This document shows positions 12,643-27,877 of a stretch of 64,000 bases of DNA, piece after piece; positions within the stretch are counted from its first letter, which is position 1, and each line of letters starts with the position of its first letter. This DNA comes from Schmidtea nova (Eukaryota). The notes below the pieces were generated by a model. The model saw nothing but the letters and a program-made list of their open reading frames with translations, ran no database searches and was not told where the DNA came from. Both the position numbers and the translations under genes were made by a program. The stretch is from NCBI GenBank assembly GCA_044892505.1, contig CM097883.1, positions 8,122,001 to 8,186,000 of the forward strand, in the 5' to 3' direction.

Positions 12643-13249
12643 GAAAAAGTTTTATTTAATAATAAAATTTGAAAATTTACAAGAGGACAATGCTCAACAT
12701 GGAGCACGCCAAACAGGCAATATACAAGAACAAAAGAGTCAGAAAGAAATCAATCAAATCAATGTAATTGTCGAGATATTTTCGACTCAATTGTCATTTG
12801 CAACTGCCGGAATTGTCCCAGGCATTGGATGTGGTTTTCCTTCGGATAATAGCTCCGGCTTAATTCGATATAGCTTTTGATGCATCTGCCAGGTACACGA
12901 ATGAGATCGGATCGATAACATCAACAAAAGAGAGAAGTGTCACGTGTAAGTCGGAAAACGGGCTTCTCGAGCTGTAGCGACAAGTCATCACAGTTAGAGA
13001 TTAGGCAATTCCCGGCTAACGCAATATTTACAGGCATCTTTCTGATCCCAGCTAAATCTCATCAATTCTATCTAAATATTTGCAAGAAAGGGAAATATAT
13101 ATATATAAACATAAATGATAATAATTATATATAATAAATCCGGACCTTGGAGAAGGGGATATTTAAAACATAAAATGTACTACTTTTATACATCAAGGTA
13201 AATGTAACAATGACAAACCTCAATTGAATAAAAACAAAGAATATTTACA

Positions 13250-16200
13250 TTAATTTTGATCTTTAATAAAGAGATTATCATCATCAAAGGTGGGTAGGAT
13301 ACCATTCTTGTGGAAGTACCATCGCTTGGCAGAGTGTGCGATGTTACTTATGGAACATTTCTTTAGAAGTCCATCCACCTGGCCTTTCTTTACACCAATC
13401 TTTTGAAGGACTTGCGAAGTTTCTGGAGGAAAAGAGCCAAGAGCACCAATAATACAAGTGTCAAGCTATACTTTAAAGTCGGGTTTAGCAGCTTGTATAT
13501 CAGTTTTCAAAGAGTTATATTTTGCCAGATTCAATGAATTTACTCGATCAAAGTGGGTCAATGAATCACTAGGGCATTTCAAATCAACCAGGAAAATTCT
13601 TTTACGAGACACGTCCGTTATAAGCAAATCAACTCGTTTTTTGGAAAGCGGAACAAGTGAGCATGCGTGATCAACTACAACAATCAAGTTTTTATTAGAT
13701 TGAAGTTGTTTCGCGATAAGTTTAAGACAAGCGTCATGCCGCTCAGAACCCAGTGTCAGATGTACCTTGCATGATTGGAATACATGAGAAGAGGTCTCAT
13801 CATCTTCATGACACCGACGACATAGTCTTTTCTCACCTCTGTTATAAGGCTTTGCAAGAGTGGAAAGAGTGTTTGTGCGAGCTCTGTGAATGAAATTCCA
13901 GCTAAATTCGGACAATTCACTTCGATAAATTGCTTTATTCACTATCGGTGAAAGTTTTACTGCTGAAGCGATGATGTTGGAAATACAGCTTTTTTCCCAT
14001 TTGGCCAAATATGAATCACAGAGCATCATGTGTAGTATTTTTGATGTTGTCTGACGAGTGTCAGGAGTTACAATGCAAGTACCACGCTCTGCAGTGGTGA
14101 TGTATAGTCATGGTTCTCGATTCGTGACTGTGAATGTAATGCTAATGTCATGAGTCTTTTCAAAGAAAGCAACCGCAATCCTAGCTCTTTGAAATCGAGT
14201 TTTCTTTCCAGAATGGGGAGAAAAAGACTCTTTACCATTGAGCCAATCAAGATTTTCTTGAAGAGTTGGATTTTTTATCCCAAGACGTGGACTAGTGACA
14301 AAAGCCAAAGAGTCAAGATTAACTTTCCTCGCAAAGTCACATTTTGACGTGATGAGTCGGAAAAAGTGCGTAATAGTCTGCGTGTGATACTCCTCAAGGA
14401 GATCAACACAATTTGCTCCACCATTTTCTGTGTAGTTGTAAAAATAACTCACTTCAGAGTGACTTGGTAAAAGCAGCATTTTTCTCAAGTGATTTCTCAT
14501 TTGGCTGGTGATATTTACCGAGAGATTACTATTACCACAAGATTTAGAGAGAGCACTAGTTTTAATCTCTCTGGTTCTGAAAGGAAAGATCAAGCGAGAG
14601 TGGATGAAGATCTTGTAGGCTTTCAGTTTTTGCCAACCAAGCAAATCAGAATCGGCAAGTTTTTTAGTGTCAGTTAAAGCTTGTTCAAGAATGTCATATG
14701 GACTCTGATCAGTTTCTTCCCCTACTGGCACACCAAGGTATTGGTAGAATTCATTAGACAAGAGCTTTTGAATTTTGACATTATTGATGGAAATTTCGCT
14801 GTCAATGTGGACATTTGGCAGTTGTAAATAGCCACATTTTTCCGGGCGATATTCAAAGCCTATTTTGGTGGCAGTTGTAACAGCAATGTTGACGAGTTTT
14901 TGTAAGTCATCTACAGATTTAGCAACAATGGCAATATCATCAGCGTATGCGAGAATCTTGACAGATGATTCTCCAATAGTAAAAGCATCACAAACTGTAC
15001 TGGAAACAGCTTCCAGTACAGGGTTTATTGCCAAAGCAAACAGAATCATGGAGATGGGACATCCCTGCTTGACACCCTTTTTAATCAGGATGTTAGGGGT
15101 TACGATAGGCCCACAACTATAAAAGGAGCTAGTGTCAGAGTATAACATTTGCAAGATGGAAGCAAATTCTTCACCAACTCCAATGTACCGGAGTAAGGAC
15201 CACATGTAATCATGTGGGACACTACCAAATGCATCCTTAATATCAAGCCAGGCGATAGAGAGAGTACAGCGCTTACTATACTTGGAATGCTCAAGCGCTG
15301 CAGACAGAATTGAGTTGTGCTCAACACAACCATCATGTTCAGAACCACCTTTCTGCCCAACATGCAAAAGATTGTTCAAGGTTATCCAGCGTGTAAGGCG
15401 AGAGGCAAGGCAGGAAGCGAATACTTTGTTGATGACAGAGAGTAGGGCAATTGGACGCCAAGACGATACGTCAGCATATTTATTATTTTTGTTAGGCTTA
15501 GGAGTTAAAAGGGTTTTAAAGGCCTTCCAACTGTCAGGTATGGACTTTTCAGTAATGATCTTGTTGAATAAAAAGGCAAGTATATGACCCTCAGGATCTA
15601 GACGCAACAAGTCACGATATTGTAATAAATCAATACCAGGACTAGTGTTGTCAGCCTTCCTAAGTTCATACACTACCTCCTTACTCGTAATGCATTGCAG
15701 AGGAAGTATTCGTTCAGAACGTTTACAGAATACGAATAATTTCTCCCACTGGCCACGTATTGGAGCTTCATGAGAAAAATATTTGACGATATTCTGAAAT
15801 GTTGGTCGGGTAGGTACATCAAAGTTATTGATGACCATGTTGACCGCCGATTTCATGTCCGTGGTAAATTTTTCAATAAGTTTAGTTTTGCTGATTTTAG
15901 AGGCTCTCGGTCTGGTTCCCAAGTAAGGTTTTGACAAAGGCTTAAGTTTCTCAGGAAACTGTTCATTAATTGCATAAATAATTTCATTGGTGCTAAAATT
16001 TGCCCATTTAATAACAAGTAATTCAGCATTAGTTATACGCTGTTTGATAGAGATATTTGTAGCAAAGTTATTATCAAGTTTAGCTTTACCTAGACTTTCA
16101 AATTTATCATGTTCTTTTACGTGAAAGACCAAAGAACTAACTATATTTCCAATCTCACGCAGGTTTAAGTTTATGAGGGGTAAATCCTTTGAGTAATTGT

Positions 16201-17875
16201 TAATAAAAGAACATAAAAGCACTTTACTTATTAGACCTGAGCCGCGGATGTCATGAGGACATTCACAAAAATTTAAAACGCCGCCTGGTGTTTCTTTAAT
16301 TTCATTTATTTTATTTCTGAGTATTCGACAGGTTGACATGTAATTGTCGTTATCAGTCAAAGATGTTGGATTGATAAGATAACAAGTATCAACACTATAG
16401 TCGAGAATAAGTAAAATTTCTCGATGTTTCGGAGGTGCAACAATAGCAAAGATGACTTGTGACTTGATGATCCACTCAAAGTTTAAAAATTCGTTTAGGT
16501 GCTGAGTGCAATCATCAAGAATCGCCAAGCACATTGTAGAATTTAGAAGCAAGAATCGATTAGGTAAATTTAAATTATTAAAAAATTTTGTGATGATTTT
16601 ATCAGTGATTTTAGAATTTAGTAAATTTAAATTCTGAGAGATCTCATTCACTTCCCTTAATTTTAATAAATTTAGGGACTCACTGATCTTCGAAATGGAT
16701 ACCTCTTTATTGAAGAATAATCTTTCAAGCAACTCAATAAAGACAGATGCAAAGAGAATTGGGTCATCAGAGACGATAGGCCAAAGCTCAATGTTGTGAT
16801 TAGGTTTGAAGCTAATGTCCGATGATAGAAAAAACTTATTTAGATAGTCAGTCATATTATCGCTAATACCAAGCAGACGTTCCGAAAGAAGTTTTTCTTG
16901 ATTGTTGAAGATGTGGCTAGCACCGTATGCAGTAGAAAAGAGATATAGGCACCAGTAATTCTCATTTGGGATAACACTTATAACATGGTTAATCCCAAGA
17001 AAATGTTTGAATGTGACATTTTCTATAATGAATGACTCGTTTTGAGCAATCATATTTAATGTCAATTCGTGTGACAGAACCAAGATGTTCTTATGGTCCT
17101 TGAACCATTCCGCAATAAGGGAGGAGACACACGAGTTTCTTTTGAGAAGAAAAATGTGATTGTGTTTATTCACAACTGTTACCTTTTTAGATTGTTTTTT
17201 GTCAGTAATCTTTGGTATCCCACCCCCAGATGATTTAGGTAATTCACTCATCATGGACAATTTAAATTGGTGGACATCCTTTCTAATGGACTCGATAAAG
17301 TCAACAGGAAACTTCTGCCATTCGCCACTTATCATCATAGCATACGCGCAGATGAAAGGACCACAGTCGTAGTTGTTGTCTTGAAAGACAAGGGATTTGT
17401 GTGGATGAAAGAAAACTGCAGATTTCAAATTAAACAAACGATTCAAAGCAATGTTGGTTTGAAGCGCAGTCGCTTTATTACTAAGTGAGTGGCGGTTGTC
17501 AAAAATTGGATCAACAAAGTAAGAAGTCAACGAGGACTTGCAATACACAAACAAGATCCAGTGAGATTGGTCAATGTTAAGGGGGCACAATAATATTTGC
17601 GCTGACAAAACTCTTTCCGGCATTGGAAAAATATCATCCGAAAGGTTTGCCCTTAAAATCTCTATTTGGAAACATTTTACAGGCGCAAATTTAGGGTTAC
17701 TGATGTGACTTTCTAAATAGTTATCAATGTCATCATCAGTGAACCAGACTTTAGGGTTACGTATTATGCTTTGGTTTTTGAAAAGATTAACTATATTATT
17801 AGGGATAATACTATCTGTGCTGTCTGCAACAGTCTCGTTGGAGATTGGGACAGATATTGAGACTGGTGCAGGCAC
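13250..17875 (-). pseudogene. ORF2 of E2 with two premature stops
   Basis: As in E1 (stops at 14108-14110 and 13466-13468). Confidence 0.92.
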
Positions 17876-17881
17876 GCACCT

Positions 17882-20114
17882 TCATTTACTTTTTGTTGTC
17901 GTACATTTGGGTTTTTTGATCTGTCTAGGTGGCAGATCTTGAACTGTGCTTTTGCAAAGTTCTACGGCAGATGACGGATCATCATCAATATCCGTTGGTA
18001 GTTTACGCTTAGGATTCACTGTTTCTGGTGTAGAAGCAATAGGAACAGATTCATCAGTAACTTCAGCGCTTTGGCCAGGGTTAACAGCCTCGCTGGCAGT
18101 ATCAGGGTTCAGAAGTGGACTTATCGACTCAAGAAGCCTGGTAATGCACTTACCAACACCTATAGAACAGATCTTTCGGCAAGACTTTGGTACACGGAAG
18201 GAAAATTTATTTTTCAGCAAAAAGCTTTTCTTGTCCCTTACAACAAAGAACAGGAGCCTTTTTGCTTTGGTGGTATCAGGAATAATCGAGTCAGATTCAA
18301 AATCGTTAATTCCATTGGCTATTCTATCAAGAGCCTTTAATTGTTGAGCTTTTTTTGGATAGGATTTCTCAATCTCAACAAGAAAATTGTTAATTACAGA
18401 AATGGTCTCCGGAGAAATTATATTGTTTACCCTGTCAATCTCCTGGGCCAGATGAGATTGCTGAAGCTTAAGAACTCGTTCCTGGCAGCTAGTACTATAA
18501 TAAGAGTCTATCGGAATTTCCCTGATCAAAGCCGGAGCCCAGGAGACCAAATCACTACAGCGTAAGGAATTAATATTCTCAATGCACATAATGGAGTGCA
18601 TCAGAAAGCAGTTGCGAAGGTAGTTAAACACATATATATCGAACGACGTTTCAGATTTATATTTTAGGGATCCCTGTAAGTTTAAAAGATTTAAAAAAAA
18701 ATTATATTTATTAGTTTTTCAGGAGATTGTGGCTGATTCAACAAATGTCCAAATTCAGTGTCCGAATTTGACATTTCAGTAAAGTCCAGCAGCCCTAGGT
18801 TAAACATTATGTCAGCCGCACCTTCATCCTGCAGTCTGACAGAGCTCTGGCAATTTTTGGGCAATTTTATGAATTTACCCCCCACAAATGAGATCTCTGC
18901 AGGAAAGTTTTTAGAAAATTTTAATTCATTTATTAATTTAATTAATAAATTAGGATTTTTATTTAGATTTTCAACAAAATAAAGTTGAGGAATCTCAGGA
19001 AAAGATTTCGTCAGCTCTTCCAGCTGAGTACGGGAAAGTTCAGTTGGATTTTGACTAGTGCTGACATTGGCAGAGACACCAGATTTAAAAAGATCCAGCA
19101 AGAGGAACTCTCCATCACAAAATTTCACCTGCGAATTTATCAAAAAGTTTGGGATTTCACCCTGTTGCTTGAGATCGTGCACGATGTTGTTAATTCGGAT
19201 TTTTCTATCCTAAGCATTTTTAATAACAACAGTTTCAGCAAACTTATTTGTGAGAGCAAATAAAAATTTTTTAATATAGAGGGAAGCAGGAACAAATTTG
19301 TATTCGTTACAGGTAGGCACTATAACGTTAGATCCAATTAAAAAGATGCCCTTATTTGGCTTTTTTATTGCTGGGATAGATGGTTTTGAATCAGCTTTCG
19401 AAAGATCAACAAGCACACATATGTGGCGATTTCTATAAAATAGCCTTTCAAAACCTGATATCCCCAACGGGTTATCTGATTTTGATATTTGGCAAAGAAT
19501 ATTATTAATTTTATTAAATTTTTCTTTACTTTCTTTTGATTTTAATAGTTTTTCTATATTTATATTAGTTTTTAAATAATTTAATTTTTCCCTTTTAGTC
19601 AAATGGCGTAGAAAAATAGTTGAAAATACTGTGCCATCTTTTTTATTTTTACTATTGGGTCTGATTTTTTATTTAAAGATTTTTTATTTAAAGATTTTTC
19701 AGCAGGACCAGACCGAGGCTGAAAATTCTTTTCAATTATTGGATTTTGATTTAAATTAAAAAATTTATCTTTATTATTATCAATTGTAATTTTAAAATTT
19801 ATTAATTTAGACTCATTAGCATTTGTCTTTTCAGTTTTATTAATGAGTACTATTTTTATTTTAGAAGGGTCAAACTCATCACGGCCCAAACTCTTATCAA
19901 GAATAATCTGCCTAGCAGAAAAAAAATCATTTAATTTATTTTCATTATTATCTTTATTATACAAATTATTAATATTCAAAAAAGGTTTATCATTAATACA
20001 TTTACTAGCATTTGAATATTTCAAACTACTTTCAGATTTAATATTTACAAAATATTCATCTGAAATATTCAAATGCTCCAAAAGAAAATTTAACTTACTG
20101 TTAATTTCTTCCAT
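17882..20114 (-). pseudogene. ORF1 of E2, disrupted
   Basis: As in E1. Confidence 0.9.
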
Positions 20115-20224
20115 CAACAGAGCAGCCAAATCTAAACCAATCTGAAAATCTAAATTTATAAATATATATGCTAAAAATTTATTATTTAAATAAACTATTA
20201 AAATCAAAAATTTTAAAAATTTTA

Positions 20225-20263
20225 AACGAGATCGGGTGAATAAAGATTATTATGGTCGTGGAC
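20225..20263 (-). pseudogene. Variant 5S 5' half (nt 1-39) at the E2 5' junction
   Basis: Same three substitutions. Confidence 0.9.
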
Positions 20264-20462
20264 AAAGACTATATTTATTTGGTACTGAAATATATTATCA
20301 ATAATTTTTTTTCTCAATGAATTTCGCCGATTCACCACATCATGTTGAGATAGGCTGAAAAAAAGTAAAAAAATTAATTCAGAACTCACCGAATTAGTCA
20401 TATCATCTTTTCGAATCGAATATTCATCGAATAATGAAATTCGAATTCGTAATCGACAAAAA

Positions 20463-20560
20463 AGTCCACAACACCTCGTATTCCCAGGCGGTCACCCATC
20501 CAAGTACTAACGAGGCCTTAACCTGCTTAACTTCCGAGATCGAACGAGATCGGGTGAATC
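20463..20560 (-). pseudogene. 5S 3' half (nt 22-119) at the E3 3' junction
   Basis: Identical junction. Confidence 0.92.
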
Positions 20561-21167
20561 GAAAAAGTTTTATTTAATAATAAAATTTGAAAATTTACAA
20601 GAGGACAATGCTCAACATGGAGCACGCCAAACAGGCAATATACAAGAACAAAAGAGTCAGAAAGAAATCAATCAAATCAATGTAATTGTCGAGATATTTT
20701 CGACTCAATTGTCATTTGCAACTGCCGGAATTGTCCCAGGCATTGGATGTGGTTTTCCTTCGGATAATAGCTCCGGCTTAATTCGATATAGCTTTTGATG
20801 CATCTGCCAGGTACACGAATGAGATCGGATCGATAACATCAACAAAAGAGAGAAGTGTCACGTGTAAGTCGGAAAACGGGCTTCTCGAGCTGTAGCGACA
20901 AGTCATCACAGTTAGAGATTAGGCAATTCCCGGCTAACGCAATATTTACAGGCATCTTTCTGATCCCAGCTAAATCTCATCAATTCTATCTAAATATTTG
21001 CAAGAAAGGGAAATATATATATATAAACATAAATGATAATAATTATATATAATAAATCCGGACCTTGGAGAAGGGGATATTTAAAACATAAAATGTACTA
21101 CTTTTATACATCAAGGTAAATGTAACAATGACAAACCTCAATTGAATAAAAACAAAGAATATTTACA

Positions 21168-24100
21168 TTAATTTTGATCTTTAATAAAGAGATTATCATC
21201 ATCAAAGGTGGGTAGGATACCATTCTTGTGGAAGTACCATCGCTTGGCAGAGTGTGCGATGTTACTTATGGCACATTTCTTTAGAAGTCCATCCACCTGG
21301 CCTTTCTTTACACCAATCTTTTGAAGGACTTGCGAAGTTTCTGGAGGAAAAGAGCCAAGAGCACCAATAATACAAGTGTCAAGCTATACTTTAAAGTCGG
21401 GTTTAGCAGCTTGTATATCAGTTTTCAAAGAGTTATATTTTGCCAGATTCAATGAATTTACTCGATCAAAGTGGGTCAATGAATCACTAGGGCATTTCAA
21501 ATCAACCAGGAAAATTCTTTTACGAGACACGTCCGTTATAAGCAAATCAACTCGTTCTTTGGAAAGTGGAACAAGTGAGCATGCGTGATCAACTACAACA
21601 ATCAAGTTTTTATTAGATTGAAGTTGTTTCGCGATAAGTTTAAGACAAGCGTCATGCCGCTCAGAACCCAGTGTCAGATGTACCTTGCATGATTGGAGTA
21701 CATGAGAAGAGGTCTCATCATCTTCATGACACCGACGACATAGTCTTTTCTCACCTCTGTTATAAGGCTTCGCAAGAGTGGAAAGAGTGTTTGTGCGAGC
21801 TCTGTGAATGAAATTCCAGCTAAATTCGGACAATTCACTTCGATAAATTGCTTTGTTCACTATCGGTGAAAGTTTTACTGCTGAAGCGATGATGTTGGAA
21901 ATACAGCTTTTTTCCCATTTGGCCAAGTATGAATCACAGAGCATCATGTGTAGTATTTTTGATGTTGTCTGACGAGTGTCAGGAGTTACAATGCAAGTAC
22001 CACGCTCTGCAGTGGTGATGTAGAGCCATGGTTCTCGATTCGTGACTGTGAATGTAATGCTAATGTCATGAGTCTTTTCAAAGAAAGCAACCGCAATCCT
22101 AGCTCTTTGAAATCGAGTTTTCTTTCCAGAATGGGGGGAAAGAGACTCTTTACCATTGAGCCAATCAAGACTTTCTTGAAGAGTTGGATTCTTTATCCCA
22201 AGACGTGGACTAGTGACAAAAGCCAAAGAGTCAAGATTAACTTTCCTCGCAAAGTCACATTTCGACGTGATGAGTCGGAAAAAGTGTGTAATAGTCTGCG
22301 TGTGATACTCATCAAGGAGATCAACACAATTTGCTCCACCATTTTCTGTAGAGTTGTAAAAATAACTCACTTCAGAATGACTTGGCAAAAGCAGCATTTT
22401 TCTCAAGTGATTTCTCATTTGGCTGGTGATATTTACCGAGAGATTACTATTACCACAAGATTTTGAGAGAGCACTAGTTTTAATCTCTCTGGTTCTGAAA
22501 GGAAAGATCAAGCGAGAGTGGATGAAGATCTTGTAGGCTTTCAGTTTTTGCCAACCAAGCAAATCAGAATCGGCAAGTTTTTTGGTGTCAATTAAAGCTT
22601 GTTCAAGAATGTCATATGGACTCTGATCAGTTTCCTCTCCTACTGGCACACCAAGGTACTGGTAGAATTCATTAGACAAGAGCTTTTGAATTTTGACATT
22701 ATTGATGGAAATTTCGCTGTCAATGTGGATATTTGGCAGTTGTAAATAGCCACATTTTTCCGGGCGATATTCGAAGCCTATTTCGGTGGCAGTTGTAACA
22801 GCAATGTTGACGAGTTTTTGTAAGTCATCTACAGATTTAGCAACAATGGCAATGTCGTCAGCGTATGCGAGAATCTTGACAGATGATTCTCCAATAGTAA
22901 AAGCATCACAAACTGTACTGGAAACAGCTTCCAGTACAGGGTTTATTGCCAAAGCAAACAGAATCATGGAGATGGGACATCCCTGCTTGACACCCTTTTT
23001 AATCAGGATGTTAGGAGTTACGATAGGCCCACAACTATAAAAGGAGCTAGTGTCAGAGTATAACATTTGCAAGATGGAAGCAAATTCTTCACCAACTCCA
23101 ATGTACCGGAGTAAGGACCACATGTAATCATGTGGGACACTACCAAATGCATCCTTAATATCAAGCCAGGCAATAGATAGAGGACAGCGCTTACTATACT
23201 TGGAATGCTCAAGCGCAGCAGACAGAATTGAATTGTGCTCAACACAACCATCATGTTCAGAACCACCTTTCTGCCCAACATGCAAAAGATTGTTCAAGGT
23301 TATCCAGCGTGTAAGGCGAGAGGCAAGGCAGGAAGCGAATACTTTGTAAATAACAGAGAGTAAGGCAATTGGACGCCAAGACGATACGTCTGCATATTTA
23401 TTATTTTTGTTAGGCTTAGGAGTTAAAAGGGTTTTAAAGGCCTTCCAACTGTCAGGTATGGACTTTTCAGTAATGATCTTGTTGAATAAAAAGGCAAGTA
23501 TATGACCCCCAGGATCTAGACGCAACAAGTCACGATATTGCAATCCATCAATACCAGGACTAGTGTTGTCAGCCTTCCTAAGTTCATACACTACCTCCTT
23601 ACTCGAGATGCATTGCAGAGGAAGTACTCGTTCAGAACGTTTACAGAATACGAATAATTTCTCCCACTGGCCACGTATTGGAGTTTCATGAGAAAAATAT
23701 TTGACGATATTCTGGAATGTTGGTCGGGTAGGTACATCAAAGTTATTGATGACCATGTTGACCGCCGATTTCATGTCCGTGGTAAATTTTTTAATAAGTT
23801 TATTTTTGCTGATTTTAGAGGCTCTCGGTCTGGTTCCCAAGTAAGGTTTTGACAAAGGCTTACGTTTCTCAGGAAACTGTTCATTAATTGCATAAATAAT
23901 TTCATTGGTGCTAAAATTTGCCCATTTAATAACAAGTAATTCAGCATTAGTTATACGCTGTTTGATAGAGATATTTGTAGCAAAGTTATTATCAAGTTTA
24001 GCTTTACCTAGACTTTCAAATTTATCATGTTCTTTTACATGAAAGACCAAAGAACTAACTATATTTCCAATCTCACGCAGGTTTAAGTTTATGAGGGGTA

Positions 24101-25793
24101 AATCCTTTGAGTAATTGTTAATAAAAGAACATAAAAGCACTTTACTTATTAGACCTGAGCCGCGGATGTCATGAGGACATTCACAAAAATTTAAAACGCG
24201 GCCTGGTGTTTCTTTAATTTCATTTATTTTATTTCTGAGTATTCGACAGGTTGACATGTAATTGTCGTTATCAGTCAAAGATGTTGGATTGATAAGATAA
24301 CAATTATCAACACTATAGTCAAGAATAAGTAAAATTTCTCGATGTTTCGGAGGTGCAACAATAGCAAAGATGACTTGTGACTTGATGATCCACTCAAAGT
24401 TTAAAAATTCGTTTAGGTGCTGAGTGCAATCATCAAGAATCGCCAAGCACATTGTAGAATTTAGAAGCAAGAATCGATTAGGTAAATTTAAATTATTAAA
24501 AAATTTTGTGATGATTTTATCAGTGATTTTAGAATTTAGTAAATTTAAATTCTGAGAGATCTCATTCGCTTCCCTTAATTTTAATAAATTTAGGGACTCA
24601 CTGATCTTCGAAATGGATACTTCTTTATTGAAGAATAATCTTTCAAGCAACTCAATAAAGACAGATGCAAAGAGAATTGGGTCATCAGAGACGATAGGCC
24701 AAAGCTCAATGTTGTGATTAGGTTTGAAGCTAATGTCCGATGATAGAAAAAACTTATTTAGATAGTCAGTCATATTATCGCTAATACCAAGCAGACGTTC
24801 CGAAAGAAGTTTTTCTTGATTGTTGAAGATGTGGCTAGCACCGTATGCAGTAGAAAAGAGATAAAGGCACCAGTAATTCTCATTTGGGATAACACTTATA
24901 ACATGGTTAATTCCAAGAAAATGTTTGAAAGTGACATTTTCTCTAATGAATGACTCGTTTTGAGCAATCATATTTAATGTCAATTCGTGTGACAGAACCA
25001 AGATGTTTTTATGGTCCTTGAACCATTCCGCAATAAGGGAGGAGACACACGAGTTTCTTTTGAGAAGAAAAATGTGATTGTGTTTATTCACAACTGTTAC
25101 CTTTTTAGATTGTTTTTTGTCAGTAATCTTTGGTATCCCACCCCCAGATGATTTAGGTAATTCACTCATCATGGACAATTGAAATTGGTGGACATCCTTT
25201 CTAATGGACTCGATAAAGTCAACAGGAAACTTCTGCCATTCGCCACTTATCATCATAGCATACGCGCAGATGAAAGGACCACAGTCGTAGTTGTTGTCTT
25301 GAAAGACAAAGGATTTGTGTGGATGAAAGAAAACCGCAGATTTCAGATTAAACAAACGATTCAAAGCAATGTTGGTTTGAAGCGCAGTCGCTTTATTACT
25401 AAGTGAATGTCGGTTGTCAAAAATTGGATCAACAAAGTAAGAAGTCAGCGAGGACTTGCAATACACAAACAAGATCCAGTGAGATTGGTCAATGTTAAGG
25501 GGGCACAATAATATTTGCGCTGACAAAACTCTTTCCGGCATTGGAAAAATATCATCCGAAAGGTTTGCCATTAAAATCTCTATTTGGAAACATTTTACAG
25601 GCGCAAATTTAGGGTTACTGATGTGACTTTCTAAATAGTTATCAATGTCATCATCAGTGAACCAGACTTTAGGGTTACGTATTATGCTTTGGTTTTTGAA
25701 AATATTAACTATATTATTAGGGATAATACTATCTGTGCTGTCTGCAACAGTCTCGTTGGAGATTGGAACAGATATTGAGACTGGTGCAGGCAC
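21168..25793 (-). pseudogene. ORF2 of E3, truncated by TAG 72 codons before the normal stop
   Basis: ORF track 21384-25793 (1469 aa). The lost tail includes the conserved IGALG segment of the endonuclease region. Confidence 0.85.
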
Positions 25794-25799
25794 GCACCT

Positions 25800-27877
25800 T
25801 CATTTATTTTTTGTTGTCGTACATTTGGGTTTTTTGATCTGTCTAGGTGGCAGATCTTGAACTGTACTTTTGCAAAGTTCGACGGCAGATGACGGATCAT
25901 CATCAATATCCGTTGGTAGTTTACGCTTAGGATTCACTGTTTCTGGTGTAGAAGCAATGGGAACAGATTCATCAATAACTACAGCACTTTGGCCAGGGTT
26001 AACAGCCTCGCTGGCAGTATCAGGGTTCAGAAGTGGACTTATCGACTCAAGAAGCCTGGTAATGCACTTACCAACACCTATAGAACAGATCTTTCGGCAA
26101 GACTTTGGTACACGGAAGGAAAATTTATTTTTCAGCAAAAAGCTTTTCTTGTCCCTTACAACAAAGAACAGGAGCCTTTTTGCTTTGATGGTATCAGGAA
26201 TAATCGAGTCAGATTCAAAATCGTTAATTCCATTGGCTATTCTATCAAGAGCCTTTAATTGTTGAGCTTTTTTTGGATAGGATTTCTCAATCTCAACAAG
26301 AAAATTGTTAATTACAGAAATGGTCTCTGGAGAAATTATACTGTTTACCCTGTCAATCTCCTGGGCCAGATGAGATTGCTGAAGCTTAAGAACTCGTTCC
26401 TGGCAGCTAGTACTATAATAAGAGTCTATCGGAATTTCCCTGATCAAAGCCGGAGCCCAGGAGACCAAATCACTACAGCGTAAGGAATTAATATTCTCAA
26501 TGCACATAATGGAGTGCATCAGAAAGCAGTTGCGAAGGTAGTTAAACACATATATATCGAACGACGTTTCAGATTTATATTTTAGGGATCCCTGTAAGTT
26601 TAAAAGATTTAAATAAAAAATTATATTTATTAGTTTTTCAGGAGATTGTGGCTGATTCAACAAATGTCCAAATTCAGTGTCCAAATTTGACATTTCAGTA
26701 AAGTCCAGCAGCCCTAGGTTAAACATTATGTCAGCCGCACCTTCATCCTGCAGTCTGACAGAACTCTGGCAATTTTTGGGCAATTTTATGAATTTACCCC
26801 CCACAAATGAGATCTCTGCAGGAAAGTTTTTAGAAAATTTTAATTCATTTATTAATTTAATTAATAAATTAGGATTTTTATTTATATTTTCAACAAAATA
26901 AAGTTGAGGAATCTCAGGAAAAGATTTCGTCAGCTCTTCCAGCTCAGTACGGGAAAGTTCAGTTGGGTTTTGACTAGTGCTGACATTGGCAGAGACACCA
27001 GTATTAAAAAGATCCAGCAAGAGGAATTCTCCATCACAAAATTTCACCTGCGAATTTATCAAAAAGTTTGGGATTTCACCCTGTTGCTTGAGATCGTGTA
27101 GGATGTTGTTAATTCGGATTTCCCTATCCTTAGCATTTTTAATCACAATAGTTTCAGCAAACTTATTTGTGAGAGCAAATAAAAATTTTTTAATATAGAG
27201 GGAAGCAGGAACAAATTTGTATTCGTTACAGGTAGGCACTATAACGTTAGATCCAATTAAAAAGATGCCCTTATTTGGCTTTTTTATTGCTGGGATAGAT
27301 GGTTTTGAATCAGCTTTCGAAAGATCAACAAGCACACATATGTGGCGATTTCTATAAAACAGCCTTTCAAAACCTGATATCCCCAACGGGTTATCTGATT
27401 TTGATATTTGGCAAAGAATATTATTAATTTTATTAAATTTTTCTTTACTTTCTTTTGATTTTAATAGTTTTTCTATATTTATATTAGTTTTTAAATAATT
27501 TAATTTTTCCCTTTTAGTCAAATGGCGTGGAAAAATAGTTGAAAATACTAAGCCATCTTTTTTATTTTTACTATTGGGGTCTGATTTTTTATTTAAAGAT
27601 TTTTCAACAGGACCAGACCGAGGCTGAAAATTGTTTTCAATTATTGGATTTTGATTTAAATTGGAAATTGGATTATTATCAATTGTAATTTTAAAATTTA
27701 CTAATTTACAATCATTAAAATTTGTATCTTTATTTTCCTTATTTAAAATTATTTTTATTTTAGAAGGGTCAAACTCATCACGGCCCAAACTCTCATCAAG
27801 AATTATCTGCCTAGCAGAAAAAAAATCATTTAATTTATTTTCATTATTTATTCTATTTTTATGTTAATTTCTTCCAT
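25800..27877 (-). pseudogene. ORF1 of E3 with a 139-bp frameshifting deletion shortly after the ATG
   Basis: tctattttta|tgttaatttc at about 27861 versus E4 35631-35790. The remaining 662-codon frame is open. Confidence 0.85.

Larger units (their letters stand above)
12643..20224 (-). mobile_element. E2: full-length inactivated copy, subfamily A
   Basis: Near-identical to E1 at offset 7918, with the same disabling lesions. Confidence 0.95.
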
